From Hemiscyllium ocellatum (lineage: Eukaryota), in contig NC_083412.1 in assembly GCF_020745735.1 (NCBI RefSeq), positions 64,446,320-64,510,319 on the forward strand: a stretch of DNA of 64,000 bases, read 5' to 3'. Shown here in pieces: positions 13,138 to 26,800 of this stretch (position 1 is its first letter; the number at the start of each line of letters is the position of its first letter). The position numbers were made by a program, and so were the translations under genes. The notes under the pieces were generated by a model. That model ran no database searches. It saw only the letters and a list, made by a program, of their open reading frames with translations, and had not been told where the DNA came from.

Positions 13138-14148
13138 ATAGGGTGGGTATTTCCCAGGATGGAAGTGCCAACTACAAGAGGGCACAGGTTCAAGGTGAGA
13201 AGGGCAAGTTTAGGGAGAAGTGCAGGGCAAATGTTTCAGCCAGAGAGTGGAGGGTATTAGAATACATTGCCAGTGGACATGATGGAAGCAGGCATATTAG
13301 CAATGTTTGAGGCGGATCTTGATAGACACATGAACAGGAAATGAACAGAGAGATAGAAACCATGTATGAGCAATAAGTAGTGAACCTAAATGAGGATTAG
13401 GAATTGGCACAGGCTTGATAAGCGAGAGACCTGTTCCTGTGCTGTATTGTATTGTATATTGTGTAACTGTTCTACCATTATTTTCTTTTCCCCTGTTGAG
13501 GAGTGATTATAACTCATATTTTTAAAACATAACTGTACTTCACTGGCACAAAGTGTTCAGAAACAACTGAATCATCTGCTATGGAATTTGATAGACTTCT
13601 AATGACCATGTGCTGCTGAATTGTAAATAATGAGAAACAGCAACATCTTCTTTCCATGGATAGTATACACATGATCCCATGTAATGGTAGATATGTTTAC
13701 AATTTGATTAAATGGAGTATGGTTTGGCTTTGATGTAAAAACTATTAACCACCATATAGGCCCCTGAGGTGAGTGCAGATATTGTACCTTGAAGAACTTA
13801 CCCCAATGTCATTCTGATAATTATAGGGTAAGATAGAGGCCGTGGGTAATGCATTTATCCTACTGAATTTATTGTCGATGTTTTCCAGCCAACAATCAGT
13901 CAGATTGAGAGGTTGCTTAGCTCATGGATAGGAAGGCACGTGTGGGAAGTGTAGTAACATTGGGAGTGAAGAAGATTGATGGATTTGTAATGGGGAAAGA
14001 TGATCTTAAGAGCTTATGGTTTGAGGAAATTGTGAGGAAAAGGTTAAGGACAGGTTGAAGAGACCATGTGGCGTGGAGAGATCCAATGACGGTTGCCGAG
14101 AGTACAGAATGTGGGTGATTGTGGGGAGATTAGGTTGGGTTGCTTTCC

Positions 14149-15029
14149 ACTATATACTCAAGTGCTGTAGAGATACTTCTCTTTGGATCTGTTAATTCAC
14201 TTGTCTCTTCAGCTGCAGGATTCTGGGAAATTCAACCAGCAGCTATTAAATGTGTAATTATTGAAATTGAAGTATTCAATCTGATGAGTTGATCTGAACA
14301 AAGGAACTTCTCATGCGAGATTAGTGCTGGTGTCCCAGACCCTTTGCCATTGAACCTGGATGTGGGTTGATTTGAGGCAGGATAGAATTGGGTAGATGTT
14401 TGAACATTTAACTAAAGCCTTCCATCCAACCTGCTCAAAAACCCTCTGAATTCTATTGACACTTGTAGCAATATTCCTTATTAACTTTTAGTTAGTCACT
14501 TGTCTGCAGCATCTAGGAAGTGTCATGGACGAATGCAGCATAAACCAATGCTTGTGGCTTGTGATCATATTAGGGGGAGGTGCTATATACTCAACTATAT
14601 ACTCAAGTGCTGTAGAGATACTTCTCTTTGGATCTGTTAATTCACTTGTCTCTTCAGCTGCAGGATTCTGGGAAATTCAACCAGCAGCTATTAAATGTGT
14701 AATTATTGAAATTGAAGTATTCAATCTGATGAGTTGATCTGAACAAAGGAACTTCTCATGCGAGATTAGTGCTGGTGTCCCAGACCCTTTGCCATTGAAC
14801 CTGGATGTGGGTTGATTTGAGGCAGGATAGAATTGGGTAGATGTTTGAACATTTAACTAAAGCCTTCCATCCAACCTGCTCAAAAACCCTCTGAATTCTA
14901 TTGACACTTGTAGCAATATTCCTTATTAACTTTTAGTTAGTCACTTGTCTGCAGCATCTAGGAAGTGTCATGGACGAATGCAGCATAAACCAATGCTTGT
15001 GGCTTGTGATCATATTAGGGGGAGGTGCT
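14149..15029. repeat. Tandem duplication of 436 bp (14149-14584 / 14594-15029) with a 9-nt templated junction
   Basis: The copies read identical, and the junction sequence atatactca repeats the start of the unit. Confidence 0.95.
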
Positions 15030-15172
15030 GAATAAAGTTCTGTGGAACAAAACCCAGTTTGCATCTCCTTTGCACATCCTTCAATAACTAAATAGAAAAC
15101 CATAATGACTGGTGCATTCATTTGTAATTAAACAGCATTTCCACTGAAGATCAAAATTTATTTTGATTTCAG

Positions 15173-15229
15173 AAACTGAATCCTAAGAACAGAAGTGAGC
15201 CTTATGGTGAACTCAAACCAACTCAGCAG
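15173..15229 (+). CDS. CD247: TCR zeta chain coding exon (exon 6 equivalent; ITAM2)
   Basis: Acceptor ttttgatttcag, 57 nt = KLNPKNRSEPYGELKPTQQ, donor gtatga. Completes YSKL-x8-YGEL, with the same 19-aa length as mammalian ELQKDKMAEAYSEIGMKGE. Confidence 0.9.
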
Positions 15230-15879
15230 GTATGATATGAGTGTACTGATCCTATCCACAGATTACTGTAACTTCAGTAAATAATCATGTCCCGTTCTAA
15301 ATGTATACTTTCACTTGTGTTACACATAAAATACTCTATCAATTGTTCAGTACTGTAAAAGTTAGTGTAATCATGTCTGATTGTTACAAACTGAATAAGC
15401 TGAACAGAAGTGCTAGATTTGGAAGGAATAAATTATTTTGGTGTCAAAGACGGCAGTTTTAATTTGTCTGGTAACTGGATTAAAAATGGCAAATCTGATT
15501 GATCTACAGCTCCAGTACAAATGCTACACAGATCATTGTCTCCTGTGCTGGTAGTGTACAGGGTTTATACACATACACACCCCCTTATTAAATGTATGTA
15601 CAATCTGCAGAGTAATCCAAATTAGAAACACCCTGGAGTTACAATGTGGAATACCAGCTCAATAAGATAATTATATTATCCAAAGACTTTGCCTGTCCCT
15701 CAGTCTGACTATTTGGTATATGCTCACAGCGTGCAATGTGTTGCTTCCAGGGAAGGACTTGGAAAACCTATCGTTAAATGTGTTCGAATGAAATTTAGCA
15801 CAGACAGTTAGCGAAGTACCTAAAAATATATGTATTAGGGATAAATGAGTGAATCAACATGTATGTTTTTCTTCCCCAG

Positions 15880-15918
15880 CCCAAGCGAAGAGGCAAAGGA
15901 GGGAATGACATTTACCAG
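15880..15918 (+). CDS. CD247: TCR zeta chain coding exon (exon 7 equivalent)
   Basis: Acceptor tttttcttccccag, 39 nt = PKRRGKGGNDIYQ, donor gtaaga. Closely resembles mammalian RRRGKGHDGLYQ. Confidence 0.92.
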
Positions 15919-17284
15919 GTAAGAAAGTCATGAGTGGAGTTGCTATCTTTTAAAGATGAGATGTGAGTGACGTAAACCAGTAAGCCTCCCTTCCATCTTC
16001 TATTATATATCAACTTGTCCTAACTTGTATCATCCCGTTCACCCAGAATTCGGGTGCTGTCTGACTGATACTCTGAGTTGAACCACACTTCAATCATAAA
16101 ATTCTAATCCTCATTTCAAATTTCTCCTTAACCTCGCAACTCCCAAGCTCTTTAACCTCATACAGCTCTACAATTTCCAGAAGCTTTTGAATCCCTGTCC
16201 TGCCTTTAATTACTGAGTTCCTAAATTTTGGAAACTCATAGACCTCTGCAAATCTGCTCTTTAAGAGCTCTTCAAACTAATATTTTGGTCATCTGAATAA
16301 ATGGCCTGGATGTCTGAAGACCAGACAGTCACTGGAGCAGTATAGATTGAAATTGTACTTCAAAATGATATGGAATCTCTGATGCAATTAATTGTGGGAA
16401 ATTGAAACTTTCGATGGACAATTCCCCTGCATCTGGAACCCTCTGAAAAAGCCCCTTAATATCAGAGACTTGAGGATTCTGACTCATTAAACTTAATGTT
16501 TCACAAGGAAAGGTTAAAGGATTCAAATCCTACCCCTGAGTAACTATTAAACTGAGTCACTGTCTCACAACCCCCCGAGTTAGCCTCACAACAAACCCCC
16601 CATCCCATCCACCACCACCACTGCCAGGAATAACACCGACCCCTCCTGCCCCACGCCAGTACTTTGAGCTATCCCAAGCACTTATCCACTTTCCTGGCAT
16701 CCTACCAATCTGGCTTCCAGCTCTGATTAGAAATTCATGGCCAATATCTCCTTAAATGATGTGCCAAATTCTAGTTGATAATGTTCCAGTGAAGTTCCTG
16801 AGAATATTTGACTATGTTAAAAGCACTATATGACTCCAACGTTTTGCTGTTATAGACAACACATACAATTCACATATACAAATTCTGGCAAATGTTTCCA
16901 CTTTTGTAAAGGATGGGTCATCAAGAAGCCTTGAATGGAAATCTGTTTAGTTAGGCCATTTAGTCCTCAACAGTTCTTTCACTTTTTTGAGAAATATGGC
17001 CATACTTGGGGTTAACTCCACATGCCAGTCTTTTCTTATTTTCCATGGTACCATTGGCTAACGAAATTTTAAAACTGAGGTTGATAGATGTAACAATAAA
17101 TTCAGCACCAATTGCCATTGCAGAAGAGTTTCAAATTTCTACCACCCTTTATATGTTGGAGGCAACTCCTAACTTCACCCCTGTGAAGTACAGCTCTAAT
17201 CTCTAGATAACGTGCCCTTGATCTAGACATTCAACTAGCAGCTACCCGGTCGGTTCCTTCACATCTGGGAACCTTTTCTTTATT

Positions 17285-17640
17285 CTTTCACGGGATGTAG
17301 ACGTCATTGGCAACACCATCAGTTCTTGTCCATCTTGATCTTAAAGAGAGGTGCTTGTTATTTCAGGGGTTAGTTGAGAATCAAACACATTACTGTGAGT
17401 CTGCAGTCACATGTAGGCCAGACCAGGTAAGGCTGACAGATGTACCTCCCTGAAAGGCATTAGTGAACCAGATGGGGTTTTACAACAATTGAAAGTTTCA
17501 TGGTCACCATTGCTGAGACTAGGTTTCAATCCCAGATAAATTAACTTAATTTAAATTCCAGCAGTTTCCATAGTGGGATTTTAACCCTTGACCACAGAAT
17601 CTGGGCCCCTGGAGTTATGAGTTCAGTGACATTACCACTA
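17285..17640 (-). mobile_element. Old SINE-like repeat
   Basis: tRNA-like head on the minus strand (tagtggtaatg ... ggttaaaatccc). The body resembles repeats near 35860-36010. Confidence 0.5.
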
Positions 17641-18489
17641 CCCCATCATCTAACCAAGCCTGGGATTCGATTGGCTTCAATTGTAGCCTCATTTCTATGA
17701 GGCATTTTATCAAATTGCTTCTGGAAGCAAAGTAACTAAAAATCTTAGAAATTCTCCTGTTTATTAATGTGGTCACCCCTTCATAACTTTTATTCAGATT
17801 CATCAGGCATCTACTGTTTCAATCCAGGCTGATTCTCTCTGGTCAGCTGAAAATTTCGAAGAGGTTAGATTTTAGACAAGTGGTTTTCCACTGCCTCGTT
17901 TCTTAAGGACTGACACAATTTTCAATCTAAATTCATAGTTTCCAAATTGACTGAACTTTGGGAATGTTAGGACACCTGCAATTTTCACCTTTATTTGAAA
18001 CTCTTTGATATAATCATCTGGTGCTGACATCTGTGACTTTTATAGTGTCATTATAGTCTTTAATTTTGCTATTTTATTTACTTTTTAAATCACTGATTCA
18101 AACTTATCTTCCTTTAATATCTGGTAGATTCAACTGTTTTTCCACTGTCAGTTCTGATGATACAAATAAATTATTCAGTTTGTTCACCATTTCAATGACA
18201 ATATCACTGTTATCACTTTCCAAGGGATCCATATTGCTAGCAACCATTTTCTTTTTCCTGATGATTATTGAACATTTTTGTGTCGAATTTGGATATCCAT
18301 TGCATTTTTTTCATACCCCCTTTCTGTAGCTGTGTACATTTTGTCATCCTTTGCACCTTTCCAATTGACCAGGCTTTTGTTTTGCAGTTTTAAGTGATTT
18401 TTCTTTTAGTTTTATGTTGTCTCTTACTGCTGTAGTTTTGTGTGTTTCCCCAAGCTTTAGTGCATTCTGTGGCATGTAATCCGAGACTT

Positions 18490-19010
18490 TGGAATGTGCC
18501 AGTCTGCAACACTCAGTCAGGGTCTACTTTTTCAACTGGAAGACCAACAAGTTTCAGGCAGACAACGACTGTCTTTCATTGAGTGATGGTCTTCCAGGCA
18601 AAGTCAGCGTTTGTCTCAGTGTGCGTCCCAAGAAACAGACCATACAGCACCGAGTCCTTAGTCACAGAGCTGCTCAGGACAAACACTGCATCTTTCTCTA
18701 GACTTCTTTTGTTCAGAAGGAGATGTGTGACAGTCTTTAGGCCTTGTAACCACTTCAAAGGCAGCAGGCAGTGGCGCAGAGAGTCTGGGCATGCATAAAG
18801 GATCTCACCATCAGTCCAGTGATTTCTTGGTGCTTGTTGAAAAGTTCTGGCAAATGATTTTCGCAGTCTGCTCAGGGAACCACATGACAGGATCCACCCT
18901 CTCCTTTTCCTGCTGGGTGTCAAGGACACTACGTGCTGATCACTTCCTGATGTACTTGTGGTCAAAGGTGTTTTTCCACCCCAGTACTGGTGCCAATGGT
19001 GAATAAAATG
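18490..19010 (-). mobile_element. Tx1/L1-clade ORF2 C-terminal fragment
   Basis: Minus-strand translation VTKDSVLYGLFLGTHTETNADFAWKTI resembles the Tx1-like zf-RVT/C-terminal region. Confidence 0.65.
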
Positions 19011-19762
19011 GAACTTGCCTTTCTCACATTACTCTTAGTGATCTGTTCACCTTCCTAACTTGTTTGTCCTTATGCCAATTTGTATGTGGATCAGGTAATA
19101 ACTCAGAGTTTTCCATTCTCAAAATCCTGTTCTTTAATTTAGTTCCCATTTTCTGGCATCCTTGACATTTGGTTTACATTTCAGGCATCCTGCCATCTTT
19201 AAATATAACAAATACATCAATGTTGTTGGACAGGATTAGTTTCTAAGAATCCTCACCCTCTGAAGGTGCCCTTCCCCCATTACACGGCATATTATTGTTA
19301 TAGCAACTCTATTCAAAACCTGTACCTCTCCAAGAGATGTGTCTGAAGTCTGGAGTAAACTGCCTAGATACTGCTTCCCTTCCTTATGCCAACTTGCAGT
19401 CCAGTCCAATGATTCATAAGCTAGAGATTCGAGATGGAGACATTTATCATAGGCGTGTTCACTTTTTAGTTCAACAGTGATGCTCATGACAACACTTTTA
19501 ATCTGACCTTTTATAAAGAAAAATTAAAAATAGAACCAGCTTAAGGCAATGTTCTGTAATCCTGTGCTTTGGCAGGTTGTTATATGCATAAGAATTATCT
19601 GCTGAAAGATCAGGTATCCTTTGACCAACCTTCTCTGCCAGTCTGGATTTCTTGAAAGGCGCCATGGTATTATTTTATCTCTGCAGAGTGAAATGTATTT
19701 CAGGAAATAAATTCCTTTTGATATAGCCCTTGAGCTAAGAATCTCATGGAACTATTTTGCAG

Positions 19763-19846
19763 GGACTGAGTGCAGCTACGCAGGATACGTACGACCAACT
19801 GCAAATGCAGCAATTACCAGCTGTGCCTCCACCCCCTCGTCGCTGA
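19763..19846 (+). CDS. CD247: TCR zeta chain terminal coding exon (exon 8 equivalent; ITAM3 and stop)
   Basis: Acceptor tattttgcag, then GLSAATQDTYDQLQMQQLPAVPPPPRR* with TGA at 19844-19846. Resembles mammalian [21 protein letters not shown] and completes YQGL-x7-YDQL. Confidence 0.95.
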   Translation, partial: GLSAATQDTYDQLQMQQLPAVPPPPRR

Positions 19847-22799
19847 GATTCTGAGATTGATGTTCAAACACCATGAATACCTTTAGGATTAACTCCACTT
19901 TACATGCACCAAAGTTAATGCTGTTTGGGGAATTGTTCTTGAAAAATCCAGTTTTTTTAAAAAAAACATTTGCATGATTTAAAAATATCACCATGAAGGC
20001 AACACTCTGAGTGACGGTTTCAATGCCTGAAATTTTATTTTCCTCTATGGATCATTTGTTTTGATTGAGGTTTTTCAGGTGGTATGGAATAGATTAAGTC
20101 TACACACATCATTGAAAGTCTTTTTGGTTGTATTTTTGCATAGGCTTACTGAATCTATGCAATATGAAAAAATAAAGGAAACAAACATAACTAAATGGAA
20201 ATAGGTATTTTAAATGGTAAATGGCCTCTAACTGGACAAAATGTAAAGAGATAGTATCAAAATAGAATTAGGGTTTTCAATCCTTTTTCTGAAAACTGAT
20301 TAAAATTCAATCTGAAATATGCATTAGTTTTGTATTAAAACACCTACAGATACGGAGTTGTGTAAATACCATTACAAATGCAAAGTAACATGATCTTTTT
20401 AACTGTAAACATTTTGTTTTCGCTGTCCACTGAATTCTTACACTTCAATGAGATTGTAGAAGTTGCGGTGATATTGTTTGAGATTAGGTTTTTAGATGTT
20501 ACCTGGCAGTATCTAGTCTCAGATTTCTTGTTGAAACAAAGCGAAATGCTTGGGTTGAAACACAAAACATAATTTACCCAGAGTCTTCTAAATGTTAACA
20601 TTGTTAGATACAAAATACATCACGATTATTTCTAAGCAAATGATTTCAGCACGTAAAGGTATTCATGTAGGGCTAAACATTCGGATAAAGCTTTAAGTTT
20701 GGCTAGAAATTTAAAAGTTGATTTTAAATCCCTCCATTATTTCAACATTTAGACTTTGATCTTAGCTTACAAAGCAAAAAAATATAATATACGACACAAA
20801 CATACATTTTAATGAAAATATATTTATTCAAAATTAGATGATCAGGGATATTCCAAAATGAAGAAAAAGCAAAGAATTAATCATCTGCGATCTCCCAAAG
20901 TTTTCATGGTTGTGTTCCTTTATACTGTATTAAGTTTTTCTGTTACTCATGGTCTTTGGCCAAGTTGTGTAGTTGCTGCCTATGTATTCAATACAGGAAT
21001 GGCTACTTAGCTTGTGCGAGTGTCACTTTTTAAAAATGAGTTATCAAGATCCAAAATATGCTGCCTGAAAAGGTTGCAAAAGCAGAGCCAATAATGACTT
21101 TCACAAATATTTACTTGAAAGGGTAAGACATCAGTGTTATTAAGAGGTGGTGAAGCAGGTTTGCTCTTTCAAACAACTGCTACAGGGTATAATAGACTGG
21201 GGTTGTTTTCTTTGGAACTGGCAGGGTTGATAGAGATTTATTTCAGGTGTACAAAATGATGACCTCCCTAGATAGAGTGGAAAGAAAGATTTATTTTTCT
21301 CAGTAGAGAGGTCAATAATGAATAACATTGACTTAAAGTAATTGGCAAAAACATTAAAGGATAGTTGAGGAGAATGCTTTTCACCCAAAGGGAAATTGGG
21401 GGTATGGAACCCACTGTATGAAAGAGTAAACAATGTAGATATCCTTATTGTACTTAAATTTTTTTTCAATATGCACTTGAAGTGCCATAGATTACAGGTT
21501 AACAGATTAAGAGCTGGAAAGTGAGATTAGGCCAAATGGGTCTTTTTTTTTCCCTGTCAGGATCAACATGATGTGCCTAATGTGCTGTAAATTTCCGATG
21601 TTTCTTACAAGCATGTTTTAACTGAAGTCCTCCTTCTGTGCTTTAAATTTCAATTATTATTGTGGTTACATTAACGATCAAAGCAAAGTTACAAAGCTTC
21701 AGTTTCTGCGTGTGGGTAACATTTTCATAAGAACAAACTGACTCAACTACAGCTACTACTAATTACCTTGATGCCTATTAACCAACATTGTTTCATTTAC
21801 TATCCTGGAAATAAGGTCCTGTTTGCCTAGTAATGTAGCTTCCTTTATTGTCTAAAAATTACACCTAATTCACCATAATCTTAATTGTATTTTGAATGCA
21901 CAGACAAAAAAAGTTTGCTATAAAGTAATATATTCACGAACAAATTAAATACCACCTTATTAGGTTGTGCAATTAGTTTCTAGTTTTGAAATGAATGCAC
22001 TACCTGAAGGTCTATAAAAGGAAATGAACAGATAATCTTCCTTCTCAAGAAATGTAACTAGCTGTTTGATTGTTACAATTTGAACGAATAATCCAGGAGG
22101 GAATTTGTTAACTTATTTTGAATGTGGGCCTAACTATGAGATTTTTTTTGCTTTGTTTTATGGTTGTTTAAAGGAAATTTTAACCATTGTTCACTTTACA
22201 ATTTCATGTATTTAAGATGTAATGTTGTCTGTATTGCCTGTCTATTTTTCTGTATTAAATAGTAGTTATCAAGGTTTATTTGTATATTAATAATCTTTCG
22301 ATTCTTTAGCCTTAGGGCAGCTTAGTGGGAGAATCCTTCTTTGTGAAGCCCAGTGGCTTTTCCATCAGTTGACAAAACCACGCCAAAATTGATATAATTT
22401 TGAGAACAGTTAGAGTAATTAAAAGATGCTCGATAATAAATTAATCATGAGCAAAGAAAGCATTATCGCAAGAGGCTATATTATAAATATATGCATTTAC
22501 ACTGAATAGTTTAAATTCTGAAATAAAGAAGATGCAAACAATATCAGCTTGACAGCTTTGAAAAGTCACGATTTCAGTTTGCATCTTAATCTTCTGTAAG
22601 AATGAGAAGGGAAACATCAGCAATCCCTCCTTGTGATGCACAAAAGCTGACTAGTTCATTTGTTCTGTTAGGTAATTGGACAAGCTAAATATCAGCTAAC
22701 AGTATAAAATATAAATGTGTAACAAGACGGACCACCAAGCCTTAAAGTTATAATAAATTAGAAATGAAGACCAGCGAAGAGGACATTTGGTTGGGCACA

Positions 22800-23410
22800 T
22801 AGAGTCATAGAAATGCACAGCATGGAAACATACCCTTCGGTCCAACTCGTCCATGCCGACCAGATATCCCAACACAATCTAGTCCCACCTGCCAGCACCC
22901 GGCCCATATCCCTCCAAACCCTTCCTATTCATATACCCATCTAAATGCCTCGTAAATGTTGCAATTGTACCAGCCTCCACCACTTCCTCTGGCAGCTCAT
23001 TCCATACACATAGCACCCTTTGCGTGAAACAGTTGCCATGTAGGTCTCTTTTATATCTTTTCCCTCTCACCCTAAACCTATGCTCTCTAATTCTGGACTC
23101 CCCGACCCCAGGAAAAGACTTTATCTATTTACCCGATCCATGCCCCTCATAATTTTGTAAACCTCTATAAGGTCACCCCTCAGCCTCTGACGCTTCAGGG
23201 AAAACAGCCCCAACTTGTTCAGCCTCTCCCTATAGCTCAAATCCTCCAACCCTGGCAACATCCTTGTAAATTGTTTCTGAACCCTTTCAAGTTTCACAAC
23301 ATCTTTCCGATAGGAAGGAGACCAGAATTGCATGCAATATTCCAACAGTGGCCTAACCAATGTCCTGTACAGCCGCAACATGACCTCCCAACTCCTGTAC
23401 TCAATACTCA
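22800..23410 (-). mobile_element. CR1 LINE 3' fragment
   Basis: EYRSWEVMLRLYRTLVRPLLEYCMQFWSP on the minus strand, with the tail reverse complement agagtcatag at about 22801. Confidence 0.92.
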
Positions 23411-23889
23411 AGCAGCTTGACCTTGAGACTCTTCCTGCCAGGCTGATGTTGTAACTGTAAAGCTGGAAACAATAAATCTTTTCATTAAGAGCTCCATGAC
23501 AAACATACATATGAACCAAGAACAGGAATAGGCCTTTCAGGCCCTTGAATGGCCTATTCCATCAACAAGCTTCAAGATGATCAGAGGAATAGGTAGGGTG
23601 GACAGTGAGAGCCTTTTTCCTTGGCTAGCAAGCAGGGACATTGCTTTAAACTGAGGGGTGATAGATGTAGGACACATGTCAGAGGTAGGTTCTTTATTTA
23701 GAGAGCAGTAAGGGCATGGAACGCCCTGTCTGCAACAGTAGTAGACTTGCCAACTTTAAGTGGTCATTGGATAAATATATGTATGATCATAGAATAGTGT
23801 AGGTTCGATGGGCTTCAGATCGGTTTCACAGGTCGGCACAACATCGAGTGTTGAAGAGCCTGTACTGTAATGTGTTGTTCTATGTTCTA

Positions 23890-26800
23890 TAAACTGGCTA
23901 CTCTGATTGTAATCTCATATCCACATTCCCATTGATCCCTGATAATCTTTCAACCCATTGCTTAACAAGAGTCTATGAAAGTCTATATTAAAAGTATTCA
24001 AGGATTCTGCTTACACCACTTCTTCAGGAAGAAAGTTCCAGTCATGATGCTCCAAAACTACTTCACTTAATCTCTGTTATAAATGGACAAGCCCAATTCT
24101 TAAAGTGTATCCTTTTTCATAATTTGCTAACAAGAGGAAATATCATCTCTGCATGTACTGTCAAGACCCTTAGGATTTTATGTTTCAATAAAGTCATCTC
24201 TTACTCTTCAAAATTCTTGTGGATACAAGATCAGTCCGTCTAAACCTTCCTTACAACACAGCCTACCCATTCCAGTTTAGTCTGTTTGTATTAGTTTAGT
24301 CAACCACTTCTGAATTGCCTCCGGTGCATTTACATCATTCCTTTGATGAAGGTGACCAATACTGTGCATGGTACTCCAGCTGCAGACTCAGTAGTGTCCC
24401 TCATAACTGAAGCGTTACCTCCTTAATCTGTATTCAACTAAGTTGGATAAGTTATAAGAGTCCAATAATTACTTGTGTCTACAAACTAACCTTTTGTGAT
24501 TCATACATAAGGAGACTTCGTTCTCTCTGCATCCAGAGTTCTGTAATCCCTCACAATTTAGTTTATTTATTTGCATCCAAAATGGACAATTTTATATTTC
24601 CAACATTATATGCAATTTTCCGCATCTTTCCCTTCCCAGTTAACCTACCTTAATGTTTTTGTCATCACTTTGTGTCTTCTTCACAAGTTACCTTCCTATC
24701 AGCAAATTTGGCAACCACACCTTCATCTCTTCATTTAATTCATTTATATAAACTGTAAACAATTGAGGTCCCAGCACCAATCCCTGTGATGCTCCACTAG
24801 TAACATCTTGCCAGCTTGAAAAAGACCAATTTACACCTACTCTCTGCTTCTTACTAATGAGCCAATTCTTACTTTGGAAGCTCTAGATCAATCCACATAT
24901 AAGAAACTCTCTGAAAATGCTGCTCACAATTTAATAGCTGTGACCAAAACAAAAACAATTTATTCTATCTCCCAATATTAATGGTTGGGTCCTTCAACTA
25001 AATTCCAGGATCTACATCTCTATCATCGCCTAAACTAATAAGTCCTTCCTTGGTCATATTCTATCTGCATATCAAATCTCACCTGTGTTCCAAGTTTTTT
25101 AAAAATCTATTTTTTTTTATTTTTGCGATGTGTTACTTTCAGACAAATCACCTGCAATTGTGGAGGAAAGGTAATAACACATTTATAAAGGGAGTTACAA
25201 ATGTAGCTAATTCATTGTGGAATGTTATTGTTATTTGCTGTTGTCATCGTCATTATTGTCAGCTCCTTGAAATGAGAATGATGTTTGCCAGGCTTCGTGA
25301 ATTATCCCCTCAGGGTCATGCATTAGGCCAATGCTGGAGCAATAGGTGATGTGCATATCCTTCCAGTCACTGAAGTGCCAGCGTTTGGATCAGCTTCCAT
25401 GTTGTCTTATATTTGCCTTAATGAGAACAACGTGTGTTTCTGATGGTAAGTCCATGATCATTTCGGAGGAGGCAGAGACTGTTAATGTTTGATTTCCAGA
25501 CTTCTTTCCTGAAGTTGTCTTCCAGACAGGAATTGTATTCAATTCTAGCATTAAAATTTGCCAGTGGAATCTGTTTTGTTTTGGAGTGGCTATCCATACA
25601 GAATGCAGATCCATATAAAAGAGGTCCTTGTCTTGTCAGTAGGATTGGGAGTGAAGCATAAGCAATGATGATTGTGACCCACTGGTTGCCATCAAGCTGA
25701 AGGCATAGAGCCATGAGCCATTCATTACATCCAATTGGCCATTACATTAGCAAACAAACATGCTTGATGACCTTTCATGCCTTTCCTCATTAAGAATTCA
25801 CCTACTTCAAAAATATTCAGGCTCTGTTTCCAATGCTTTTTCAGGAAAAAAGCTTCAAAGACTCTCAAACCTCAGAAGATTCTCTTTACCCATATTATTT
25901 TTCAAAAATTATCAACTCTTTATTGTTAAGCAGAAGCACACAGTTGTAAATTCTCCTAAAAGTAGAAACATCCTTTCCACCCTGTCAAGACTTGTTACGA
26001 CGCAAGACTTTGGATGTTTAGATTAAATCACCATACAAGCCTATCCTGTTCAAACATTCCATATAAGATAACCCACTTATTACGGGTATTAGTCTCATAA
26101 ATCCCCTCTGAATTGCCTCCAATACATTTACATCCTTCCTTTAATAAGGTGATCAATACTGTACACAGTATTCCAGATATGGTGTCACAAATGCCCTGCA
26201 TTTAAGCATAACCTCAATGTTTTTGCATTCAATGCGTCTTGTCACAAAAATTAACATCCTATTAGTGTTCTCGGTTACTTGCTAAAACCTACATATTAAT
26301 CTTTGGCAAATCCATGCCACCCAGACCCCTTTGCATATTAGAGCTCTGCAATCTCTCAATTTAGAGATGCATCTTCTCTATTCTTCCTGCCAAAACGTTC
26401 TTTTTTTGCTACATTACGCTCGTTTGCCAGATCTTTGCCCATTCATTTACTCTAACTTTTTATAGCCTCCTTATGTTCTTTTCACAATATAATTTCCCAC
26501 CTATCTTTATGTTATCAACAAATTTAGAAGCATATTTTCAGTCCCTTCATCCAAGCGATTTATTTATATTGTAAGAAGTTGAGGCCCCAGCTTGGTCCCG
26601 GTGGCACACCACCCCTTTAATCTTACAACCCAGAAAATTACCTTGAATGCTGATCTCTCACCAACTAATAGGAAATATTAGTTGTCTATGCCAACATGGC
26701 AAAGGTTATTTTCTGCAATAACCTTTGGCACTTTATCAAATGCCTTCTGGAAATGTCAGCAGGGCACATGCACTGGTTCCCTTTAGCCACAAGACATTAC

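Larger units (their letters stand above)
11160..13440 (+). mobile_element. Older CR1 LINE RT/3' fragment, carrying a SINE plus inverted duplication at 12511-13136
   Basis: DEILNEYFTSVFT, NYRPVSLMSVVGKLLE, QQGF and FADDTKIG motifs. The CR1 sequence resumes at 13137 (gatagggtgg). Confidence 0.85.
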
